In this document: in pieces, positions 9,463-17,954 of the stretch
Numbering within the stretch: position 1 is the first letter of the stretch
Layout: every line of letters begins with the position of its first letter
Assembly: GCA_023129715.1 (NCBI GenBank)
Contig: JAGMBO010000055.1
Span: 19,327 to 83,326 of the forward strand
Source: Candidatus Eiseniibacteriota bacterium
GTDB lineage: Bacteria > Eisenbacteria > RBG-16-71-46 > CAIMUX01 > WJJG01
DNA: 64,000 bases
Reading direction: 5' to 3'
Position numbers and translations under genes: made by a program
The notes under the pieces: generated by a model
The model's input: the letters and a program-made list of their open reading frames with translations, nothing else
Databases searched by the model: none
Told to the model about the DNA's origin: nothing

Positions 9463-11233
9463 CGCGGCGCGAGGCCTCCTGCATCGCGGCTTCGACGGCG
9501 GAGAACTCCCTCGCGCCGCGTCTAAGGGCGGCAAGGCGCTCGTAGATCTCGGGGCTGGCGAGACCGGCCGCCAGAGCGGCTTCCAGCACGCGCAGGGCGC
9601 CCGCGGCATCCCCGCGCCGACTGCAGACCTCGGCAAAGCGCAAGTGAGGGTCCGCGAACTGCGGATCGATACTCGCCGCCTTGTGCAGCGCCGCTTCCGC
9701 AGCATCCAGATCGTCTCGAGAGAGCGCGGCCATACCGACGCGCAGGTGGGAGCGCGCCGCCAGCCGCCGATTGTAGGCGGGCAGCGTCTCGCGCGGACTC
9801 GGCAGGCCCAGGGTGACGCCGCGCGCCTCCCGGGAAAACCCCCACAGCGCCACCGAGTCCTCCTCTGCAACGGCGCTCTCGGTGTTCGCGGCCGGCGCAG
9901 ACCCCGACCTCGTGACATACCCGAGGCTGCGGAGGCGCTCCTCCTGCTCGGGTGACATGGCGACCCGGCCGGCAGCATGCGCGTCACGGGAGCGGGCGGC
10001 GAGGCCGACGGCATCCATCAGGCTGCAGAGGGAGTCCCGGACCTGGGGAAGCCGGACAGCAAGGTTGTGTCGCTCACCAGGGTCCGCAACGAGATCGTAG
10101 AGTTCGGGGTCGGGACCGGTGACGAGCTTCCAGCGTTCGGTGCGCAGGCCGCGCTGCTCGCACCAGTTGTGGGAGAGGCGCGGCCGCAGCGTCTCCAGGT
10201 AGGCAACACGCCCGAAGGAACCCCCCGCGGGCATGTACGCCAGTTCGTTCCCGCCGGCCGGTGACACCCCCGGGAGCAGGTGGCCGACGCAATCGTCGGG
10301 CGTTGTCAGGCCGGCGATCGCGCAAATGGTCGGTGCGATGTCGATCGTGCGCACGACCTCGGCCACCCGCTGCCCGGAGCGGATCCCCCGGCCATGGAGG
10401 ATCAGCGGCACACGGACCAATTCGTCGAAGAGAAGGAAACCATGGAGCTCTTCCTCGTGGTCACCGAGCCCCTCGCCATGGTCACCGACTACGACCGTGA
10501 GCATCTCCCGCGGTGACCACGCCACCCGCAAACCGGCAAGAAGGCGCCCGATCTCTGAATCGGTGAACGCGATCTCACCGTCATAGAGATTGTGGGCATA
10601 GGCTCGGCGGAAAGCGGGCGGCGGGTCCCGGGGCAGATGGGGGTCGAAGAGATGCAGGCAGAGGAAGAGATCCTCGCCGCGGTGATCGAGCGCCCACGCC
10701 AACGCCTGGTCGACGGTGTCGTTGGCGCGGCGTTCGATGCCCTGGCGGGCTACGTCTAGGGCATCGATGACCGGGTCGTAGATCGTGAAGGGAGCGCCGA
10801 AGTCATCGTCATAGACTTCGAATCCTTGGTCGAGACGGTGCTCGCGGCCCAAGACTCCGGCCGAGACAAACGCCCCGGTGCGGTAGCCGGCCTCCGCGAA
10901 ACGCTCGCCCACGGTGCACCAGGCATCGCCGAGTTGGTAGGCCCCGTTGTCGCGGATCCCGTGCTGCACCGGATAGGCGCCGGTCATGATCGAGGTCACC
11001 GAGGGCAGGGTGACGGGGGCGGCCGTGATCGCCTGCGCATAGAGCGTACCCTCGCGCGCGAGCTGGTCGAGGTGGGGAGTCTCGATGGCGTCATGTCCAT
11101 AGCAGCCCAGATGGTCGGCTCGCAACGTGTCGATGATTATCAGGACGACCAGGCGCGGCTGCGGCCGCCCGGCCGAGGCAGCGAGCAGCGCGACCACCGC
11201 CAGCGCGGCGATCGCAAGGCCGATGATCTTCAT
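9428..11233 (-). CDS. Secreted sulfatase-like (alkaline phosphatase superfamily) protein with C-terminal TPRs
   Basis: Signal peptide MKIIGLAIAALAVVALLAASA; IIIDTLRAD, GDHGE, ELYDL..DPGE..NL; TPR-like helices; TLPSV in place of CxPxR. Confidence 0.88.
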   Translation of the reverse strand: MKIIGLAIAALAVVALLAASAGRPQPRLVVLIIIDTLRADHLGCYGHDAIETPHLDQLAREGTLYAQAITAAPVTLPSVTSIMTGAYPVQHGIRDNGAYQLGDAWCTVGERFAEAGYRTGAFVSAGVLGREHRLDQGFEVYDDDFGAPFTIYDPVIDALDVARQGIERRANDTVDQALAWALDHRGEDLFLCLHLFDPHLPRDPPPAFRRAYAHNLYDGEIAFTDSEIGRLLAGLRVAWSPREMLTVVVGDHGEGLGDHEEELHGFLLFDELVRVPLILHGRGIRSGQRVAEVVRTIDIAPTICAIAGLTTPDDCVGHLLPGVSPAGGNELAYMPAGGSFGRVAYLETLRPRLSHNWCEQRGLRTERWKLVTGPDPELYDLVADPGERHNLAVRLPQVRDSLCSLMDAVGLAARSRDAHAAGRVAMSPEQEERLRSLGYVTRSGSAPAANTESAVAEEDSVALWGFSREARGVTLGLPSPRETLPAYNRRLAARSHLRVGMAALSRDDLDAAEAALHKAASIDPQFADPHLRFAEVCSRRGDAAGALRVLEAALAAGLASPEIYERLAALRRGAREFSAVEAAMQEASRRVTSPVQRVSAR

Positions 11234-11617
11234 GTGTCGCATGGTCTCGGCTCGCGCACGAATTCCTGGAGGAGCTGTGATGCCCGGCGGCCATTCGGCC
11301 GGATGGGGGGCGATCCGGGTGACGCCGCTGCCGATCAGCCCGCGCCATGGCACAGTCATTTCCGTATCCGCAAGTAGCGTGCCCGAACGGCGCGGCGAGG
11401 GGCCGAACCGAGTATTCCGCTGAGGGGCAGGCCCGAAGCGGCAATGGACTCATGTCGTGTTGGTTACATCTCCCGCCCGGGTCGCCGGAGGCATCGCTTC
11501 CGCTGAGCTGGAGCGCTCGTCCGCAGAGGTGTGTAAGGAAACTTGCGAGAGCCCTGGCAAGAACTTTGATGGACGACAAGCAGCTTCATACCGCTCCCAC
11601 CGCAACGGCCTCATCGT

Positions 11618-11722
11618 CCGCCGCCACATCGCCCGTGTCTCTTCGTGCCACCGCCTCGGCCTCCGCCGCCACATCGCCCGTGTCTCTTCGTGCCACCGCC
11701 TCGGCCTCCGCCGCCAGATCGC
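11618..11722. repeat. 45-bp direct repeat x2 plus partial
   Basis: ccgccgccacatcgcccgtgtctcttcgtgccaccgcctcggcct repeated exactly. Confidence 0.9.
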
Positions 11723-12010
11723 CGGCGCCTCCCCGTGAACCCGCCTCGATGCCCGCGCCACCTCATTCCCTGCAACCTCGGCCTCCCCTGCCTCAGCGCC
11801 CGGCTGCCCGGGTGGCCGTTTTCCGCCATGGAGAGAATGCGCGGAACCGCCACTGCCCAAGCCTATTAGTCTCTCCAGTGAGCTGAGTGTCTGAGTGCGG
11901 CCGCGGAGTGGTAGTGCCTGCGCTTGTGTTCAAGCATCTGGAAGAGCTATACTTAAGCCGCAGTGAGTGGCGGCGAGAACCGTCCACTTGCTCGGATCGG
12001 AGAACGGAGC

Positions 12011-12637
12011 ATGATCAGAAACACGCACTTTGCTTGCACCAGTCTCGTTGCTCTGCTGGGGATCGTCGGTGCCTGGGGCGCCATCTTCCCCGCAAACGCA
12101 CAGATCTGCCTCTATCTCGATTTCGACGAAGACCAGAATCCCTGGACGCTACGGACCGAGACCGAGAACACGTCCGAGACGATCAAGTTCGTCCTCGAGG
12201 TCCCCGCCACGCCGCCTACTGATCGTCACTTCATCATGATGATGGGCGAGGGATGCTGCAATGACCTCGAGAACATCGGCTGGTATGGCATGCGCGCCGA
12301 CTGGGAGACCCTCGAGTTCAATCCGGCTTATGTCGACTCGTTCGGCTATGAGCTTCCGACCTGCCTCGATTGCTGTGCCTGGATTATCCAAGGCCACTTC
12401 GCCGCCGATGCGGCCATCAGTCCCGGCGAACGGGTCTTCTTCGGCCAAGTCGAAGCCGAGGCGAACTGCAACCCCGTGCCTTCGCCCCCCTGCGACCCAT
12501 CCCACGACCTGACGGTCGGCTTCGAGCTCGAGGATGGCCAGGAGTGCGAGAACTCCGAAGCGGTGGTGAGCTTCCGCTGTCCGGCCAGCGCGACATCGGT
12601 CGAGAGCTGGAGTCGCATCAAGACGCTTTTCCAGTAG
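12011..12637 (+). CDS. Secreted Cys-rich hypothetical protein with C-terminal SWSRIKTLFQ motif
   Basis: GGAG RBS, signal peptide ending ANA, about 10 Cys, motif shared with 26696..27652. Confidence 0.75.
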   Translation: MIRNTHFACTSLVALLGIVGAWGAIFPANAQICLYLDFDEDQNPWTLRTETENTSETIKFVLEVPATPPTDRHFIMMMGEGCCNDLENIGWYGMRADWETLEFNPAYVDSFGYELPTCLDCCAWIIQGHFAADAAISPGERVFFGQVEAEANCNPVPSPPCDPSHDLTVGFELEDGQECENSEAVVSFRCPASATSVESWSRIKTLFQ

Positions 12638-12718
12638 CTTCGCCCGCCGGCCGCAACAACGCTCCCTACCTCCCCAGCTCGGGGAATACCCTCTGATCGG
12701 CCCCCGATCCGACGACCA

Positions 12719-12772
12719 CCCTTCGCCTTCAGACCCCCTCCCGCCTTCAGACTTCCTCTCCCCTTCGGACCG
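12719..12772. repeat. Degenerate 18-bp tandem repeat x3
   Basis: cccttcgccttcagaccc / cctcccgccttcagactt / cctctccccttcggaccg. Confidence 0.6.
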
Positions 12773-12881
12773 CCTCCTGCGCCCGCGCCCTTGCTCGTAG
12801 ACAGATCGCCAGGCGCCCGGTAGGGTTGGATCCAACGTGCCCAGCACAGCGATAATGATCATCAGCCCAAGGATGTAGACC

Positions 12882-13721
12882 ATGGATGCGATGCCGTCGG
12901 CCGGCAGTGGCGGTCAGTGGCGGAGGACGCCGGCAGACCGTGTCGGTGAGCAAAACGGCCGCCCGGGCGCTGAGGGGCCTGGGCGCAGCAGGCTCCATGA
13001 TCGGATCCATGATCTGCTCGCCCTGATTCCCCGGGGTCGTGTCGCCACCTATGGGCAGCTCGCGGCCCTCGTGGGTGATTGCACACCCCGCATGGTCGGC
13101 TATGCGATGGCGGCCGTGCCCTTCTATGTGAAGATCCCCTGGCACCGGGTGATCAACAGCCGGGGGAAGGTCAGCGTCCGGCGGAGGGAAGGGGATGAAG
13201 ACGATCAACGGAGACTGCTCGAGGCTGAGGGATTGACCTTCGATGCGCGCGGCCGGCTCGATCTGGCGCGCGTGCAGTGGGCCGGCCCGACGGCGGCACA
13301 ATGGGTTCGGCTCGAGAAGCAATGGAGGAAGGGGGGGGTGTCCGGGAGCGACCGAAACTCCCGGCAAAGCTGGGTAGTCCCGCCAGAGACGCGTGGCGCC
13401 GATCGCAATCGGCCTGAATGGAGGAATCGACATGTGGGGGATTGGCGAGATGCTGATGATGTTTCCGGCCATCTTCGTCGGGCTGACTTGGATCGGGGTT
13501 CTGATCTTCGTGATCACCCTCGCCGTTCGCTTCGTCAGGGCTGTCGAGAAGATCGCGGAGAAGTTCGAGGCTCGATGAGTTCGGCGGAGCCCCTGCTGCG
13601 GCGCCTGCGGGGCCCGGCGGCCACGGAATGCCGGGCCGCAGCAGCGTCGAGAGACCCCACCCTCGGGCTGGCCAACAGCCGCAATACCGTTTATGGTTGT
13701 TCTGCCACTGCCCATCGGTGA
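12882..13721 (+). CDS. Alkyltransferase-like (ATL/YbaZ, MGMT family) protein with long C-terminal extension
   Basis: IPRGRVATYGQLA, PRMVGYAM, IPWHRVINS (Trp replaces the MGMT Cys), QRRLLEAEG; the domain ends near 13300. Confidence 0.82.
   Translation: MDAMPSAGSGGQWRRTPADRVGEQNGRPGAEGPGRSRLHDRIHDLLALIPRGRVATYGQLAALVGDCTPRMVGYAMAAVPFYVKIPWHRVINSRGKVSVRRREGDEDDQRRLLEAEGLTFDARGRLDLARVQWAGPTAAQWVRLEKQWRKGGVSGSDRNSRQSWVVPPETRGADRNRPEWRNRHVGDWRDADDVSGHLRRADLDRGSDLRDHPRRSLRQGCREDRGEVRGSMSSAEPLLRRLRGPAATECRAAAASRDPTLGLANSRNTVYGCSATAHR
13432..13578 (+). CDS. 48-aa single-pass membrane protein nested in the ATL tail
   Basis: GGAGG RBS 7 nt upstream; MWGIGEMLMMFPAIFVGLTWIGVLIFVITLAVRFVRAVEKIAEKFEAR. 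Confidence 0.65.
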   Translation: MWGIGEMLMMFPAIFVGLTWIGVLIFVITLAVRFVRAVEKIAEKFEAR

Positions 13722-13800
13722 TCGGTACGTAAGGGACGCGCTGTAGACGACCGGCTGGACCGCATTCCTTCTTCCCAGCCGGCACGGTGGAGACGAGAAG

Positions 13801-14271
13801 ATGGACACCGCATTCGCCGAGGAACTGCCCTGCTACCGGCGATTGTCGGATCGCCTGGTCACCGCTGGTCAGCCGACCGCCCGCCAGATCGCCGCCCTCG
13901 CCCCGGCGGGGTTCGATGTCGTGATCAACTTGCTCCCCGAGCGCAATCGCCTATTCCTCCGCGAAGAAAAAGAACTGGTTCACACGCTCGGCATGCAGTA
14001 CATCCCCATCCCCGTTGTCTGGGCGAAGCCGACCCTGAACGATCTGGAGCGTTTCTTCGATTGTCTCGACGAGTATCGCCCCCGGCAGCTCTTCATTCAC
14101 TGCGCCGAGAACAAGCGGGTCTCCGTCTTCGTCGCCCTCTATCGTATCCACCGCCTGGGCTGGCAACCGGCCCGGGCGCTGCGCGAGGTCCATCGGATCT
14201 GGCAGCCGAACACCGCCTGGATGAAGTTCATCGAGCGCGCGCTCCAAGACGCCGGCCTCGCGACGCGCTGA
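13801..14271 (+). CDS. DUF442/BLH-type tyrosine-phosphatase-fold protein
   Basis: TAGQPT, GFDVVINL, HCAENKRVS active-site loop. Confidence 0.82.
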   Translation: MDTAFAEELPCYRRLSDRLVTAGQPTARQIAALAPAGFDVVINLLPERNRLFLREEKELVHTLGMQYIPIPVVWAKPTLNDLERFFDCLDEYRPRQLFIHCAENKRVSVFVALYRIHRLGWQPARALREVHRIWQPNTAWMKFIERALQDAGLATR

Positions 14272-14282
14272 AAGGAGGATCT

Positions 14283-14534
14283 ATGTTCGTTCCCATGGCG
14301 ACCCCGTCTCAGGCCTCCGCGGCGGCGATGGAGCTGGGACAGAAGCTGGTCAATGTCATCGAGGAGTACCGCCGGCAACATCCCGGCATGACCGGTGAGG
14401 ATATTCGCCTCGCGCTGCGGATCGCCAGCCAGCACAGCGCCGGCGCCTCCCAGCGGATCCGCATGCTCACCATCCTTACCATCGGTCTGCTGGTCGCGGG
14501 GCTGCTCGCCTTCTTGATGATCGCCCAGCGTTGA
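14283..14534 (+). CDS. Small protein with C-terminal TM helix
   Basis: AAAGGAGG RBS; hydrophobic C-terminus MLTILTIGLLVAGLLAFLMI. Confidence 0.7.
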   Translation: MFVPMATPSQASAAAMELGQKLVNVIEEYRRQHPGMTGEDIRLALRIASQHSAGASQRIRMLTILTIGLLVAGLLAFLMIAQR

Positions 14535-14560
14535 ATGGTCGGCCAAGGGAATCGATTGCC

Positions 14561-15193
14561 ATGCACGATGCACGGGGACGACGCCTGCCGGTTGTCGGCA
14601 TCATGGGGTCGGGAACCCACGACCACGGCGAGCGGGCCGCTCCCCTCGGAGCCTGGCTCGCCGGCCAGGCCGTACACCTGCTGACCGGCGGCGGCGGCGG
14701 CGTGATGGAGGCGGTGAGTCGCAGCTTCTGTCAGACCCTTCCCCGCCGGGGACTCTGCATCGGCATTCTTCCGGCAGCCGCGCCCGGCGCTGCTGCTGTG
14801 CGAGACGCGCGCACCTCGGCCCCGGGGCCCGCACCACCACCACCAGCGGATCCAACGATGCGGCGAATCGACTACCCCAATGCGTTCGTCGAACTTGTCA
14901 TCCGCACGCATCTCCCCTATAGCGGCGAGCGCGGCACCGACCCGCTTTCGCGCAATCACATCAATGTGCTCAGCGCCGATATCATTGTTGCCATGCCGGG
15001 GTCTGCCGGGACCGCCAGCGAGGTGCACCTGGCGGCGCGCTACGGGCGTCCCTTGATCGCCTATCTCGAACACCGCGGCGAGATCCCGGGACTCCCCGCG
15101 GAGACGCCGGTGACCGGCGAGCTGGATGCGGTCAAGGCGTTCATCCGGAACCATCTGGCTGCGCTTCCCGGCGCAGGCCCACCGCACCACTAG
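14561..15193 (+). CDS. SLOG/LOG-superfamily protein (TIGR00725 / Moco-carrier-like)
   Basis: VVGIMGSG, LLTGGGGGVMEAV, SRNHINVLSAD..VAMPGSAGT.SE. Confidence 0.8.
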   Translation: MHDARGRRLPVVGIMGSGTHDHGERAAPLGAWLAGQAVHLLTGGGGGVMEAVSRSFCQTLPRRGLCIGILPAAAPGAAAVRDARTSAPGPAPPPPADPTMRRIDYPNAFVELVIRTHLPYSGERGTDPLSRNHINVLSADIIVAMPGSAGTASEVHLAARYGRPLIAYLEHRGEIPGLPAETPVTGELDAVKAFIRNHLAALPGAGPPHH

Positions 15194-15277
15194 TCGGCCG
15201 GTTCCTAGCGATTGAGACGAGGAGCGAATGGCCGAGGTCATGATCGGCATGCACGCCCGCGCATGGTTGAACCGCCG

Positions 15278-16228
15278 ATGACCGGCAAGCTCCTGAAGTA
15301 CGATGCGTTGCTTCTATTGGCGGCCTTCATCTGGGGGCTCGCCTTCGTCGCCCAGCGTGCCGGGATGGCCCACGTGGGGCCCTTCACGTTCAATGCGGTT
15401 CGCTTCGCCCTCGGGTGCCTGGTGCTCGTTCCCCTGGGGGCGGCCGGTCGGCGCCGCGCCACCGCCGCGAACTCCGGATCGAGCGCCGGCGACGCTTCCG
15501 CACCGGCGGCGGGGACCATCTCCCGCCGTATGCTGATCGTCGGAGGCGGATTGACCGGCGTGGCGCTCTTCCTGGGTGCCTCGCTGCAACAGGCCGGATT
15601 GGTCTACACGACGGCCAGCAAGGCGGGGTTCATCACCGGGCTCTATGTCGTCTTCGTTCCCCTGCTCGGTCTCCTCTGGCGCCAGGTGCCTTCCTGGAAG
15701 GGCGGTCTGGGAGCAGCACTCGCGGCGATCGGGCTCTATCTCCTCAGCATCTCCGGGCGTCTGACGATCGCGCGCGGCGATGCCCTGGTCCTGGCAGGCG
15801 CCTTCGTCTGGGCAATTCACGTTCTGTTGATCGGTCGTTTCTCGGGCCGGATCGGCCCCCTGCGCTTGGCCGCGATCCAGTACACGATCTGCTCGCTGCT
15901 CAGCCTGATCGCCGCCTTGACGACCGAGACGATCACCCTCGCCGGTCTCCGCGGCGCTGCCGTGCCGATTCTCTACGGCGGCCTCTGCTCAGTCGGCCTT
16001 GCCTACACGCTGCAAGTGATCGCCCAGCGCCGCGCCCCCCCGGCACATGCGGCGATCATTCTCAGCCTGGAGGCGGTCTTCGCCGCCCTGGGCGGCTGGG
16101 CGCTGCTGAACGAGAGCCTCTCGACGCGCAGCCTCGCCGGTGGTGGATTGATGCTCGCCGGAGCGCTGCTCTCCCAGTTCGGCCTGCCCCCCGAGCGCGC
16201 AATTGACGATTCCCCCGCCGGGGACTAG
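15278..16228 (+). CDS. DMT/EamA family transporter
   Basis: About 10 TMs; IWGLAFVAQR, TTASKAGFITGLYVVFVP, AAIILSLEAVFAA. Confidence 0.92.
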   Translation: MTGKLLKYDALLLLAAFIWGLAFVAQRAGMAHVGPFTFNAVRFALGCLVLVPLGAAGRRRATAANSGSSAGDASAPAAGTISRRMLIVGGGLTGVALFLGASLQQAGLVYTTASKAGFITGLYVVFVPLLGLLWRQVPSWKGGLGAALAAIGLYLLSISGRLTIARGDALVLAGAFVWAIHVLLIGRFSGRIGPLRLAAIQYTICSLLSLIAALTTETITLAGLRGAAVPILYGGLCSVGLAYTLQVIAQRRAPPAHAAIILSLEAVFAALGGWALLNESLSTRSLAGGGLMLAGALLSQFGLPPERAIDDSPAGD

Positions 16229-16273
16229 CATGAAGGGGGAAGCTTGGCGGCAGGCAAAAGCCACGGGGGCAGA

Positions 16274-16864
16274 ATGCGCAAGCGCGGCCAGACGAAGGGG
16301 ATCTTCTGTATCGAGGGGCTGTGGGACTCCGATCTGCGGGTGACCTCCACCGTACGGCCGCTCCTCGAACTCCTGCGACTGAACGAGGGGGTCAACCACA
16401 TCCATCGCGAGTACGCGACGCGTGACGAGTTCGAATTCTATGTCCGCAAGTGGGCGCAGAAGAAGTACGAGGCCTATCCGATTCTCTATCTGACGACGCA
16501 CGGCATGGAGGGCGGCCTCCTCCTAGAGGGTGAGTTCTACTCGATCGAGCAGTTCTCCGCCCTCCTCGAGGGCAAGTGCGCCAATCGCGTGATCATGCTC
16601 TCTTCCTGCAGCACGCTGAAGACCACACCCCAGCACCTGACCGAGATCTTGACCAAGACGGCCGCGCTCGCCGTCTGCGGCTACCGTGTGGATGTCGACT
16701 GGATGCGCTCGACCGCCTTCGAGCTGCTCCTCTTCTCCCGTCTACAAGATAGCGAGTTCTCGGGGCGCGGCGCCGAGGCGATCCAGAAGGAAGCCACGGA
16801 GATCGCCAAGGCATTCGAGGATCTCGAATTCAAGATGGTCGCCAGTCGGGATTGTGCGAAGTAG
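16274..16864 (+). CDS. Hypothetical protein (DUF6642-like)
   Basis: GIFCIEGLW, ILYLTTHG, MLSSCSTL, GY..DVDW..S; family name from memory. Confidence 0.6.
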   Translation: MRKRGQTKGIFCIEGLWDSDLRVTSTVRPLLELLRLNEGVNHIHREYATRDEFEFYVRKWAQKKYEAYPILYLTTHGMEGGLLLEGEFYSIEQFSALLEGKCANRVIMLSSCSTLKTTPQHLTEILTKTAALAVCGYRVDVDWMRSTAFELLLFSRLQDSEFSGRGAEAIQKEATEIAKAFEDLEFKMVASRDCAK

Positions 16865-16919
16865 TCTGCCGGCCAACGAGACCGATCACGCCGCCCGCCG
16901 CTACCGAGCAGGTCGACCG

Positions 16920-17699
16920 ATGATGAAGCCAAACGTGGCAGAGTTCCGCTTCTACGAGGAGTTGAACGACTTCCTCTCGGCGCCGCGGCGCAAACGATCC
17001 TTCGAGTACGGCTTCCAAGGGGATCCGGCGATCAAGGATGCCATCGAGGCCCTGGGCGTTCCGCACACCGAGGTCGATCTCGTTCTGGTCAACGGCGTCT
17101 CGGTCGACTTCAGCTACCGCCTGCAGCCGGGTGACCGGGTGGCCGTCTATCCCGTCTTCGAGGCCCTCGACATCGCTCCGGTGACACGGTTGCGTCCACA
17201 ACCCCTGCGGCGCACGCGCTTCGTCCTCGATGTCCACCTCGGAAAGCTCGCCCGCTTGCTGCGCCTCCTCGGCTTCGACGCTGGCTACCAAAGGGACTGG
17301 GACGACCGCGAGATCATCCGCCGGGCACGTGAGGCCCAGGCGATCATTCTGACCCGTGACCGGGGCATCTTGAAGAACCGCGCTGTGACTCACGGGTACT
17401 GCGTGCGCTCCAGCGACCCATGGCGGCAGATCAGCGAGGTGTTCAAGCGCTTCGACCTGCGCGGCAGCATCCGGCCCTTCACGCGCTGCAGCGCCTGCAA
17501 TGGCATCATCGAGCCGGTGGCGAAGACGGAGATCCTCGAGCGCCTGCCGCCCAAGACCCGCCGTCACTACGATGAGTTCCATCGTTGCCGGACCTGCGAT
17601 CGAATCTACTGGAAAGGCTCCCACTATGCGGCGCTCAGGGAGCGGCTCGCGACGGCCCTCGGTCTCCCCAAAGGCCGGCACCCCGACTTGCACGCCTGA
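16920..17699 (+). CDS. Mut7-C ubiquitin-like + Mut7-C RNase (PIN, Zn ribbon) protein
   Basis: FRFYEELNDFL, GVPHTEVDLVLVNG, FVLDVHLGKLARLLRLLGFD, RCSACNG, CRTCDRIYWKGSH. Confidence 0.92.
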   Translation: MMKPNVAEFRFYEELNDFLSAPRRKRSFEYGFQGDPAIKDAIEALGVPHTEVDLVLVNGVSVDFSYRLQPGDRVAVYPVFEALDIAPVTRLRPQPLRRTRFVLDVHLGKLARLLRLLGFDAGYQRDWDDREIIRRAREAQAIILTRDRGILKNRAVTHGYCVRSSDPWRQISEVFKRFDLRGSIRPFTRCSACNGIIEPVAKTEILERLPPKTRRHYDEFHRCRTCDRIYWKGSHYAALRERLATALGLPKGRHPDLHA

Positions 17700-17954
17700 G
17701 CCACAGGGCTTGCTCCGCGAGAGCCGCCGGTGAGCGTCGGGGCACGATGGGCTCGGCGGGATGTGCCCGCCGCGCCCATCGTGCCCTGACGCTCGCGGGA
17801 GTTGGCCAAGACCAAGCACTGCGGCCCAAGATGCAAACGGGGGCGCGGCACTCACGCGCCGCACCCCCGTAGTCGCTTCCCCCGCCGTTGCCGGGGCGAA
17901 CCAGATACCACCCGCCGACCCGCGGCTCCCCGCCGCGGGCGCGGATGATGCGCT

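Noticed and set aside
11347-11886. Ala/Ser/Pro-rich ORF spanning the 45-bp repeat
   Set aside because: No RBS or motif; the open frame is explained by a triplet-period repeat in GC-rich DNA.
12149-12883. Minus-strand ORF with hydrophobic N-terminus MVYILGLMIIIAVLG
   Set aside because: No RBS, and it runs about 490 nt antisense through a better-supported gene.
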